In this document: one piece after another, positions 8,607 to 16,569 of the stretch
Position numbering within the stretch: position 1 is the stretch's first letter
Layout of the letters: the number at the start of each line of letters is the position of its first letter
Source: a virus
Virus genome (UHGV): UHGV-1794905
Reading direction: 5' to 3' (one strand)
DNA: 16,627 nucleotides
The notes under the pieces: model-generated
Seen by the model: only the letters and a program-made list of their open reading frames with translations
What the model was told of the DNA's origin: nothing
Database searches by the model: none
Program-made: the position numbers and the translations under genes

Positions 8607-8882
8607 TTACTCAATAAAGATCATTGGCTTACCGTTAAAGCGTTCATGCCGTGTGACCGTCCATTGTTGTCCGTCATAAACAACGCGATCCCCGCGCCGT
8701 GGGCGGTATCCCGAAGAAAACACCACCAGAGAGACCGCAGGTCCGGACAGAGCATTCAGCTCTGCCAGTGTTTCTCCCGGGATCACTGTCATATCGACAT
8801 CATTAATCGAGGCTGTCTTTCCCATCTTTCTGACCGTGATCGCATCCATACGCGCTGCCAGCCGGGAAAAGGGATCAGACAT
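8607..8882 (-). CDS. Head-tail connector (head completion) protein, FII-like
   Basis: 91 aa in the position of lambda FII, between the head genes and Z. Weak similarity to gpFII: RRGDRVVYDGQQWTVTRH versus RRGDTLTIGEENFWVDRV. Start overlaps the upstream gene's stop by 8 nt. Confidence 0.55.
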   Translation of the reverse strand: MSDPFSRLAARMDAITVRKMGKTASINDVDMTVIPGETLAELNALSGPAVSLVVFSSGYRPRRGDRVVYDGQQWTVTRHERFNGKPMIFIE

Positions 8883-9198
8883 TGAGTTTTACCGGCACTT
8901 CTTCTGCACTGGTTCCGGCATCTGCCCAGACAACCCCGACCAGCGGATCAGAGCCGCTGTTCGTCAGCTGAACTTTTCCGGATTTCAGATAAACCTTCTT
9001 ACCGGTTTTCATATCATCCGTTTTCAGTTTCGGCAGCATAAATACACCTTCAGTCATACCGTCCCCAATTTCGCCTTTTGCAATATCGGTCAGTGCCACA
9101 GCAAAAATATCGCCCACCTGTACCAGCTCTCCGCTACTGATATTTGCACCAGCGACAATCTCCACCGTTTTCCCGTCTTCCACAAAATTCTTTGCCAT
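8875..9198 (-). CDS. Small head-associated protein, possible capsid decoration/cement protein (DUF2190-like)
   Basis: 107 aa from ATG 9198 (GGAGACAGTT upstream); Gly/Val-rich beta-type sequence directly downstream of the capsid gene. Not lambda gpD-like. Family assignment is from memory only. Confidence 0.5.
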   Translation of the reverse strand: MAKNFVEDGKTVEIVAGANISSGELVQVGDIFAVALTDIAKGEIGDGMTEGVFMLPKLKTDDMKTGKKVYLKSGKVQLTNSGSDPLVGVVWADAGTSAEEVPVKLNV

Positions 9199-9211
9199 AA
9201 CTGTCTCCACA

Positions 9212-9262
9212 CAGCCCCTGAACGGGGCTGATTTCAGGTACAAAAAAAGCCCTTACGGGCCA
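9212..9262 (-). terminator. Terminator plus second hairpin downstream of the major capsid gene
   Basis: Minus strand reads GGCCCGTAAGGGC followed by TTTTTTT (9262..9242), then CAGCCCC-GTTCA-GGGGCTG (9230..9212), about 22 nt after the capsid stop and just before the ribosome-binding site of the next gene. Confidence 0.55.
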
Positions 9263-9284
9263 TCTGAGTTGTTGTCTGCGACGT

Positions 9285-11348
9285 TTACGCCGTACATTTC
9301 ACCAGACCGCGGTGATCAACTGGCGCGACACCAGCGTCAATACGCACTTTCGTTGTCACGCCGTCCACGCTGAAGCCCTCCATCTGATCAATATATGGCG
9401 TATCCACACCGTTGAGATAAGCCACTTCGATGGTATCCGTACCTTTCGCCGCAGCCAGATAAAAGGTGGTCTGGCTGTTATCATCAAGACGAGGCTCTGC
9501 AATAACGGTCGCAAAATCTTTCACCGGGTTAATAATACCGGCGTTAATGTCAGCCCCCTTGACACTTGAGGAGCGAATGACCTGGTTAGCAACAGACTCC
9601 ATCGCTGTCGGTACCAGTACGAACGCAGGACGAATATTCAGATGACGCTCCCCCTCTTTCTGAACGCGCATCAACTGGCGAGCTTTATCCAGTGATGCCA
9701 CGTCCATTGCAGCGTTCTCCAGTACGTTTGCATGTTTCGTTTTATCGAACAGGTTCACATTATCCGTGGAGATCTTCGGATTAGACGTCAGAATGGCATA
9801 AACCAGATCGGCAATCGTGGATTTTGCCGCACGCCCCAGTTTCATCGGAACATCGGTCAGCATATTCAGATCATCGTTGATAATGGCCTGACGGGTGATG
9901 CTGAACAGTTCACCATAAGTCGCCAGTGCAATCGTGGCCTGTTTATCTCCGGTGGTGACGTACTTATATTCCGCCCCTTCTCGCACCTGACGCAGAGAAC
10001 TGAAGCCCCCCATCCCCACACGATGAGCAATTTTAAAATCAGACAGCTGACCTTTCCGGGTCCACTGTTCGTAAGTCTCAGGGGCTTCTTCCCATCCCTG
10101 CAGAATGGCTTTGTTCGCGACATCCAGCAGAATATTACCAAAATCAGACGTACTGTGCGTGAACGCTGCCCCGACCATCTGCATTGGGTTATACCCGGAA
10201 ACCCCAATCCCCCGTTCTGTCAGTGACATTCGGGCATATTCACGCAGGGTCATCCCGTTATAGACGTTATCCTGTTCACGCTCAGCAAATCCGGCACGCG
10301 CCATCAGCGCCTGACGGATCCCGTCCCCCACAAAATTACCGTTGCCAGCATAAATATGGGCCGGGGTATTTTTATTTGATGGTGAAAATTCCTTACCCAT
10401 TTCGTTAAGTAATTTCTCACGGGCCTGCTCAAGCGAGCACTCCGGATCGGAAAGACAACTGGCCTGCAATGTCTGATAGCGCCCGCCAAACATACCAAAC
10501 AGTTCATTAATACCACTCACACGTGCTTTTTGCTCTGCCAGTACCTGCGCACGGATACTGCTTTCATCTGCGGAAGGTGCATTTGTGGTAGTCGCGGTTG
10601 TGGCAACCGGAGCCGTAGTAGTCTTATCCTGTGTCTGAGATGCAGTATTTTTGTTTTCAGGTTCACGCGTTGCACTGTTGCGTGGCGGAATAATCATATT
10701 TCGAATGGATTCCGGCATTTTTTTAAATTCCTCTGTACGTTTTGACTGAATACATGCCATTGCCTTAACTTCCGGTGTCACCTGGTCAGCAAATCCGTGT
10801 GCCAGACATTCGGCACCGGACATCCAGGTTTCATCCGCCAGCATGGCAGCAATTTCATCGGTGGTTTTCCCGGTTTTCTGCGCATAAGCAGGCAACAGGA
10901 CCGACTCAACTTTATCAAGCAGGTCAGCATAATCACGCATATCATCCGCATCGCCACCACTCACTCCCCATGGTTTATGGATCATCATGAATGCGTTTTC
11001 CGGCATGATGACGGGATCACCCACCATTGCAATGACCGATGCCATGGATGCCGCGACACCATCCACATAAACAGTGATGGACGCCCCATGATTTTTCAGC
11101 GCATTAAAAATGGCGATGCCTTCAAAGACATCGCCACCCGGTGAATTGATATGGAGATTAATGTGGGTGATATTACCCAGCGCATTCAGATCGCTGACAA
11201 ACTGCTTCGCCGTAACTCCCCAGAAACCAATCTCGTCATAGATATAAATATCTGCGTCACTTTTATGACCCGCCTTCATTCTGAACCAGGAATTATTCTT
11301 CAGGCTGGCCTTCGGTTCGCCGCGAAACCACGCGTTCTGTTTCAGCAT
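9285..11348 (-). CDS. Prohead protease (ClpP-like, S14) fused to HK97-fold major capsid protein, 687 aa
   Basis: N-terminal region carries ClpP signature motifs (…GVAASMASVIAMVGD… catalytic Ser; …MMIHKPWGVSGG… catalytic His). A T/A/P-rich low-complexity linker (TASQTQDKTTTAPVATTATTTNAPSADESS) follows, then about 380 aa of capsid-like sequence. Start at ATG 11348 with AAGGAGGTGGTA; the ORF-track start at 11540 is read-through of the portal 3' end. Confidence 0.8.
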   Translation of the reverse strand: MLKQNAWFRGEPKASLKNNSWFRMKAGHKSDADIYIYDEIGFWGVTAKQFVSDLNALGNITHINLHINSPGGDVFEGIAIFNALKNHGASITVYVDGVAASMASVIAMVGDPVIMPENAFMMIHKPWGVSGGDADDMRDYADLLDKVESVLLPAYAQKTGKTTDEIAAMLADETWMSGAECLAHGFADQVTPEVKAMACIQSKRTEEFKKMPESIRNMIIPPRNSATREPENKNTASQTQDKTTTAPVATTATTTNAPSADESSIRAQVLAEQKARVSGINELFGMFGGRYQTLQASCLSDPECSLEQAREKLLNEMGKEFSPSNKNTPAHIYAGNGNFVGDGIRQALMARAGFAEREQDNVYNGMTLREYARMSLTERGIGVSGYNPMQMVGAAFTHSTSDFGNILLDVANKAILQGWEEAPETYEQWTRKGQLSDFKIAHRVGMGGFSSLRQVREGAEYKYVTTGDKQATIALATYGELFSITRQAIINDDLNMLTDVPMKLGRAAKSTIADLVYAILTSNPKISTDNVNLFDKTKHANVLENAAMDVASLDKARQLMRVQKEGERHLNIRPAFVLVPTAMESVANQVIRSSSVKGADINAGIINPVKDFATVIAEPRLDDNSQTTFYLAAAKGTDTIEVAYLNGVDTPYIDQMEGFSVDGVTTKVRIDAGVAPVDHRGLVKCTA

Positions 11349-12798
11349 TACCACCTCCTTTATCGCAGGCCGGATCGGTATCAAACACCAGATCCAGCCT
11401 GCGGTTTTCATCAATTTCGGCCTTGCGCCGACGTTTAACATCATCCGGATTACGACCACTGGCGCGCACCCAGTCTGATTCTGTTGCCGCACCACCACGA
11501 ATCTGGATTTTCCAGGCTTCAGCTTCCTTGACAGGATCAATCCACGGCATGACCGGACCAGAATATGTTGCGTTATATAATGTTTTTATATCCACATCCG
11601 ACGGAATTTTCAGCACCCCCGCGGCAACCACCATATTCAGCCATGCCCGGTACACCGGACGGGTTACAGCACCAATAAAACAGTCCTGCAGGATCAGATA
11701 GCCATCGGTGGACTCAACCAGCTCCTGTCGCTGGGAACTGTAGGTACCGTTATAGTTACGTGCTGCACTGGAAAAACTCAGACGAGTGCCCGCCGCCATG
11801 GCCCGCAACTGACCATTACGAAAAGTTTCCAGATTAGGGTTAGGCCGATCAGATTTGACCATGCCAATATCTTCCCCCTTACGCAGATCGTCATAAATAA
11901 TGCCGGGAGTGATATGCAGTTCCCGATCATTATCTTTATTCGTCACAGGTTCCTCATAATCCTGCCCGTCTCCTTTACGAATATACAGCCCCAGTGCCGC
12001 AGCAATGCGCGCCGCTACCAGCTCAGCATCTTCATATTCCTTAAGCGCACTGATCCGTATCAGCACACCTGACAACATGGATGTGCCACGCGTCTGATGA
12101 AGGCGGCGGGTAAACTTCAGATGCACCATATTTTCAGCGGCGATCTCTTTGGTTTCACTCTGTCGCCCGGTAACCGGATAATTTTTATAAACCAGGTATT
12201 TTTTCGGCCTGCCCCATTCATCCAGAAAAACCCCCTGATTCATTCCCGCAGACTCATCACTGAGCATGGGCACAAAATCCGGCTCCATTGCCTCGAGCCA
12301 GAAAGGCACACCGGCAGTCCGCGCCAGCCCGGCACCTGCGCCTCTGACCATCTGGGCAAACACTTCTCCATCACGTAACCAGGTACGCAACAGCAGACGT
12401 TCGAGCATGGGGCGCGTATGCTGCCCGGTCACATCCGGACTGACAGACCATTCCGCCCACAAACGACGGATAATAATTGCCAGCTCTGTAGCCATATCAC
12501 CATTTTTCAGTAATGGTTGTGGTTCAACAATGATCCCCTTTGCACCAATCACCCGCTCCTCAAGTTTGTCGAAAACACCGATTACCAGGTCATGATTAAT
12601 GTCCAGAAAACGGGCCTGTTCCCGCAGGGAAACCGCCCCGTACTTACTGAGCTGGTCGGCAGAACGGTTTTCCCGTCGAGCTTTGTGTGTGCGGGTGGGT
12701 TTCACGGCCTCATAAGCGCGGATTAACGCTCTTGATCGCAACCTCGCAGCTTTCCAGCCGGGAGAAAAAACACCAATCACATCATCAAGAATTGCCAT
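11293..12798 (-). CDS. Portal protein
   Basis: 501-aa ORF between the W-like gene and the protease/capsid gene, with an acidic C-terminus. The ATG shares a base with the W stop. Not similar to lambda gpB by recall. Call rests on size and position. Confidence 0.8.
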   Translation of the reverse strand: MAILDDVIGVFSPGWKAARLRSRALIRAYEAVKPTRTHKARRENRSADQLSKYGAVSLREQARFLDINHDLVIGVFDKLEERVIGAKGIIVEPQPLLKNGDMATELAIIIRRLWAEWSVSPDVTGQHTRPMLERLLLRTWLRDGEVFAQMVRGAGAGLARTAGVPFWLEAMEPDFVPMLSDESAGMNQGVFLDEWGRPKKYLVYKNYPVTGRQSETKEIAAENMVHLKFTRRLHQTRGTSMLSGVLIRISALKEYEDAELVAARIAAALGLYIRKGDGQDYEEPVTNKDNDRELHITPGIIYDDLRKGEDIGMVKSDRPNPNLETFRNGQLRAMAAGTRLSFSSAARNYNGTYSSQRQELVESTDGYLILQDCFIGAVTRPVYRAWLNMVVAAGVLKIPSDVDIKTLYNATYSGPVMPWIDPVKEAEAWKIQIRGGAATESDWVRASGRNPDDVKRRRKAEIDENRRLDLVFDTDPACDKGGGNAETERVVSRRTEGQPEE

Positions 12799-13010
12799 CA
12801 GAACCTCGCCAGTTTATACCCTGGATTTCCCCGTCGCCGCGCGGTCAGAGCTACAAGGCGGCGCTCCCACTCCTGCCGCCCCTGCCGGATCTCAGATAAA
12901 TTTTCCATGGTCATCTGCTGACCATTAAAGGTGACGGATTTTCCGTCCAGCACAGCCATTTCCGCATCAATATAACGCTGGATCATGGCTTCAATATCAT
13001 TCTGATTCAT
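12798..13010 (-). CDS. W: Head-tail joining protein, gpW-like
   Basis: 70 aa from ATG 13010 (ATGA coupling with the terminase stop; GGAGG 6 nt upstream). Size and position between terminase and portal match lambda W. Confidence 0.7.
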   Translation of the reverse strand: MNQNDIEAMIQRYIDAEMAVLDGKSVTFNGQQMTMENLSEIRQGRQEWERRLVALTARRRGNPGYKLARF

Positions 13011-15106
13011 AACCATCCTCCGGATGTCACCCAGGGGTTATCCTCATCGGGTGCCATTTTTTTTCGTTTCTTTTTTCTGGCCGGGGGACGTTCCGGCTCC
13101 GGCAGAACAGGTGGCTCCGCGTTGTCACTGACACACTCCAGCCAGGTTTCCCGGTACGCCCACTCCGGCGCATCAGGCCACTGAATTTTCTCGTACCCAT
13201 GCAGAATGACCAGCGCCTCGGCATACACCATCAGGTCAAAGGCTTCGTTCGCACCGCGCCCCGGCTTACTCCATTTCCCGTCACTGCTCCGCTCTTCATA
13301 CGTCAGTTCGTCGTAAAACCAACTCCCCAGCCAGTCGGGAAAATGCACATAGCCAGGACCGGGAGAATCACGCCATAACGCGTTATTCACCCGGTCTTTC
13401 AGAACGTCAGTCTGAAGAAGCCAGAGAGGCACATCACCCGCAGCCTGCGCCCGTCGCCCCGTTCGTCCGGTGTTATCCGGAAATGTACGGGTTATCAGTT
13501 TTGCACGTCGGATACTGTCGCCCTTAAACAGGTAAATACGCTTGCCAAGACCATCAAGACGGCAACGACGCCAGAATTTATAGGCATTATCGGTAACCCC
13601 GTCTTCACCGCCGGAGTCCACCGCCATTGCCATTACCCGCATGCGCTGAGAAGAGTCAGAAACCAGCGGCCAGCCTTTATGAAAAACATCCGTCAGCAGA
13701 ACATCCCAGTCTTCCGGATAACCGGCGGGATCAATACGCAGGCTTTCTCCGTTATTGTCACAACGCAGCGACTGCGTGATGTTGTAACGATCAACTATCC
13801 AGCGCTCGCCGCGACTACCATAGCCCGTTACCTGAACCACAAAACGGCGATGGCGTCCCGCCTGCACATCCACTGTCGCTACAAGGAAATTTACGCCATC
13901 CGGCACACTGCGGGGAGGAACTGGCTCTGCACGTTGCTCAAGCAGTTCGCTTTTTCGTTGCTCCATGCTGGCGCGGGGAAGATAAGGTAACCCCCAGTCA
14001 GTATTGATAACCGCCTTGAGAGTTTCTTCGCTTCCGGTTGCCTCGTATTCCTGTTCAGCGGTCAACAACTTATAAATCAGTTGCGCCCAGGTCTGATAAG
14101 CGGCAGCGGGTCCCTCCATCCAGAAGCTGGCTATCCTTGATTGACGTGGCATTCCGGTAACATTCCCTTCCATGTCAATCTGCTCACCATCCCGTAACCA
14201 GACCCCGCGCCCGTTCAACTCACGTTTCATGTCTGCGGTGATTCTGGAGCCACAATGAGGACATAATATATGGGCCGCTTTACTGGCTTTTACAGGATCG
14301 GGATTGTCACGGTACCCCGTCATGGCCTCCATGGAGGGTTGAAAATACCCCCCGCAATCCGGACAGGGCCAGTACCAGCGACGACGATCACCACGGTTAT
14401 AAAGTGACAGGATCCCCGTGGTGGGTGGAGCTTCATGTGGAGAGGTTTTTCGCCACTTACTGTCCGAAATTTCGCGTCCAGGTGAACTCTCCACAAGAGT
14501 CATACCTGCTGACATAAACGTCGTGGTACGTTTTGAAGCCAGGGAGAAACCATCACCTTCACCATCAATATCATCAGGCCAGCGGTCATAATCTGTTAAG
14601 GCAACAAATCTATAATCAGATGACGACATAATATTGACTGAGGGCCAACCAATCTTTAGATAATTACCCGCCTTAAAAGTCTTATCATGAACGTTGTTAT
14701 CATTGGTTCGTGGACTCATTCGCCGTGCGACTTCTTTACTGACCCGAAATGTGCGATCAAGACGTTTTCTGGAATGCTCTCTTGCTTTCTCTTCTGTCAT
14801 TTGAATTAACAAAAAATCTGCAGGCTCACAAACCACGCTGTATACAATCCAGCCATCAATTAACCCAACCGTTTTTCCTGTTCGTGCTGGCCCGACAAAA
14901 ACAACCGCATCATAGTCACGGGAAGACAAGCAATTCATTGGCTCAATGATATAAGGCGTCAAAGATGCATCCCATGGCAATGAACTTCCCCCGCCCAGTG
15001 GTACTCGCATATATTTCTCAACCGCTTCTGCCACTGGCATTCTTGTGGGGGGTTTTAGCAATTCGGAAACATCACGCCTGATAGCACTTGCTGAGGCAAA
15101 AACCAT
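13007..15106 (-). CDS. Terminase large subunit (lambda gpA family), 699 aa
   Basis: Walker A-like VFVGPARTGKT near the N-terminus; Cys-rich WYWPCPDCGG...HILCPHCG segment; ATG overlaps the small-subunit stop (TAATG). C-terminus is basic (ARKKKRKK). Confidence 0.88.
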   Translation of the reverse strand: MVFASASAIRRDVSELLKPPTRMPVAEAVEKYMRVPLGGGSSLPWDASLTPYIIEPMNCLSSRDYDAVVFVGPARTGKTVGLIDGWIVYSVVCEPADFLLIQMTEEKAREHSRKRLDRTFRVSKEVARRMSPRTNDNNVHDKTFKAGNYLKIGWPSVNIMSSSDYRFVALTDYDRWPDDIDGEGDGFSLASKRTTTFMSAGMTLVESSPGREISDSKWRKTSPHEAPPTTGILSLYNRGDRRRWYWPCPDCGGYFQPSMEAMTGYRDNPDPVKASKAAHILCPHCGSRITADMKRELNGRGVWLRDGEQIDMEGNVTGMPRQSRIASFWMEGPAAAYQTWAQLIYKLLTAEQEYEATGSEETLKAVINTDWGLPYLPRASMEQRKSELLEQRAEPVPPRSVPDGVNFLVATVDVQAGRHRRFVVQVTGYGSRGERWIVDRYNITQSLRCDNNGESLRIDPAGYPEDWDVLLTDVFHKGWPLVSDSSQRMRVMAMAVDSGGEDGVTDNAYKFWRRCRLDGLGKRIYLFKGDSIRRAKLITRTFPDNTGRTGRRAQAAGDVPLWLLQTDVLKDRVNNALWRDSPGPGYVHFPDWLGSWFYDELTYEERSSDGKWSKPGRGANEAFDLMVYAEALVILHGYEKIQWPDAPEWAYRETWLECVSDNAEPPVLPEPERPPARKKKRKKMAPDEDNPWVTSGGWL

Positions 15107-15606
15107 TATTCCTCCTCATCATCTCTTTCTCTCATTTCAGTTGATAATGCCTCACGGATATCATCAACTGCTCGTTGAGCCTCAGCGATTTGTGATGCAT
15201 TCCAGCCCCGATCTCGCTCCAGTTTGTCAGGCCACGTATCCAGTACCTGAGTAACAACCTTCAACATCAACGCCATTTCGCGATGCACGTCACTGGCAGG
15301 AACAAGTTGTTTTAATGTTGTTTCCATCTTGATACGTTCGTTTTCTGACTGGAACCAGTCTTTACGCTCTTTCGGTTCCATTCGTGACGGATCATGTATA
15401 TCGGAATCAATGACTGATTTACTCTCAAACAAAGCAGGTCCGACATCTCTCAATGCATAAACAGGATTACCACGAACGGTGCCGGCAACAGGGATATTGG
15501 CCTCCAGCAGTCTTTTTTTAACCACCTTTCTGTCCATAGCAAAGGCTTCTGCGATTTTCGCGATACTCCAGCGATAAACGTCTCCGATATTACTGATATT
15601 CGACAT
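15106..15606 (-). CDS. Terminase small subunit (Nu1-like DNA-recognition subunit)
   Basis: 166 aa from ATG 15606 (GAGGTGGGG upstream); N-terminal helix-turn-helix-like segment (DVYRWSIAKIAEAFAMDRKVVKKRL), acidic C-terminus, immediately upstream of and coupled to the large subunit. The ORF-track start at 15612 is a GTG. Confidence 0.8.
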   Translation of the reverse strand: MSNISNIGDVYRWSIAKIAEAFAMDRKVVKKRLLEANIPVAGTVRGNPVYALRDVGPALFESKSVIDSDIHDPSRMEPKERKDWFQSENERIKMETTLKQLVPASDVHREMALMLKVVTQVLDTWPDKLERDRGWNASQIAEAQRAVDDIREALSTEMRERDDEEE

Positions 15607-15789
15607 CCCCACCTCTTCACACCAGCTCGAATATCATTTTTCTTTTTAAAAACAGAATATTAAAAACTGGTCAGATGTCCCACAAAAAGCAAAATTGGAC
15701 AGGTGAAAATCAATTTTTATTTTACTTTTCAACATGTTAATTGATGTGGTGGTGTCCCATGAAAATTCAAAAACTAGCCGTTTTCCGCG

Positions 15790-15801
15790 CCGCTCCCGCC
15801 C
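15790..15801 (-). other. Candidate cosN cohesive-end site
   Basis: Minus strand reads ACG-GGGCGGGAGCGG-CGCGGAAAACGGCTAGTTTTTGAATTTTC, which aligns with my recollection of the lambda cos region (ACG-GGGCGGCGACCT-CGCGGGTTTTCGCTATTTATGAAAATTTTC). It is a GC island in an AT-rich gap about 185 nt upstream of the small terminase start. Confidence 0.5.
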
Positions 15802-15915
15802 CGTGGCAAGGGTACCCCACCGGGAGGACCCGCAAAATGAGAGCGATTATCATTTGTACACACTCTAACACCTGCATTATCGCAGCTCCTCGCTGAAGGG
15901 CTGCTGTAATGCATG

Positions 15916-16215
15916 TTACTCAGTAACAACTGCGCCTTCCGGTAATTCCATACCGGCAAATACCGGACAACCAGGATGACGATCATCTTCTGTTGCTTCC
16001 AGCATTGACTCACCAAACCACTCCGTCGTGGCGCGACCATCAGCAGCTTTGTAGTGGAGTAAGTACTGGTTTTCGCCATCCGCATACTGCGCGCGGGCTT
16101 TAACCTCACCCCATTCATCACTGATGCGCATCTCCACCAGTTGAGACAACTCAAACTTAAACGGGACAGCAGCGGCACCAATTACAATCGGTTTGTTTTC
16201 TGTTGTTTCCATCAT
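15916..16215 (-). CDS. Hypothetical acidic protein, 99 aa
   Basis: ATGATG at 16215 with AGGAG 5 nt upstream; MMETTENKPIVIGAAAVPFKFELSQL..., no transmembrane segment, acidic. Lies on the operon strand upstream of cos. No family recognised. Confidence 0.55.
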   Translation of the reverse strand: MMETTENKPIVIGAAAVPFKFELSQLVEMRISDEWGEVKARAQYADGENQYLLHYKAADGRATTEWFGESMLEATEDDRHPGCPVFAGMELPEGAVVTE

Positions 16216-16386
16216 CGTCTCCTGATATCGAAGCCCGTCGCCGCACCGGGCACTGATCAACATTTGAGTATTCGCGGCGACAGAAAGAATTTATTTTATT
16301 GAGTAGCCACAAACACAGAATTTCATGCTTTCCGGACGCTGACTCATCCTTCATTTTTCAGCAAAATATTCTGCTCTTATAGGCGA

Positions 16387-16569
16387 TCAGTTCTGCAGAC
16401 ACTGCCGAACACCGTCGACAATTTCACAGACCTGAGAAGCTGTATCGAAAAGCTGGCGCGCCTTATCCAGACTGACGCATCCCACCAGAAAAAAAGGCAC
16501 CAGTATCGCTACCAGTGCCCATTTCGCCGCCGTTCGCGGCATTCTGTGCGTCCAGTGTTTTCTGCTCAT
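16387..16569 (-). CDS. Small predicted lipoprotein, 60 aa
   Basis: Signal peptide plus lipobox (AAKWALVAILVPFFLVGC); predicted mature peptide about 30 aa with three Cys. AGGTG 6 nt upstream of the ATG. The same frame stays open to the window edge, so a longer product cannot be excluded. Confidence 0.5.
   Translation of the reverse strand: MSRKHWTHRMPRTAAKWALVAILVPFFLVGCVSLDKARQLFDTASQVCEIVDGVRQCLQN

Noticed and set aside
9285-11540. ORF-track 751-aa version of the protease/capsid gene, and the similarly extended V ORF 6865..7683
   Set aside because: The extra N-terminal residues are in-frame read-through of the upstream gene's 3' end. A near-perfect ribosome-binding site (AAGGAGGTGGTA) sits directly before the internal ATG in both cases.
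15881-15927. Imperfect inverted repeats at 15882..15904 and a GTTACTCAGTAAC palindrome at 15915..15927 near the 3' end of the 99-aa gene
   Set aside because: Stems are short or mismatched and there is no U-tract; the palindrome overlaps the last codons of the gene. Likely coincidental.
15774-16354. Minus-strand ORFs 15774..16181 (135 aa) and 16157..16354 (65 aa)
   Set aside because: Alternative-frame ORFs overlapping the 99-aa gene and the cos-proximal gap; Arg/Cys-rich, no ribosome-binding site, less plausible than the 99-aa ORF, which has AGGAG at correct spacing.
16387-16569. Small lipoprotein as an Rz1-type outer-membrane spanin
   Set aside because: Not rejected outright but not called. 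The mature peptide is not proline-rich and the gene is not embedded in or overlapping a visible Rz-like frame; the window ends 58 nt upstream, so context is missing.
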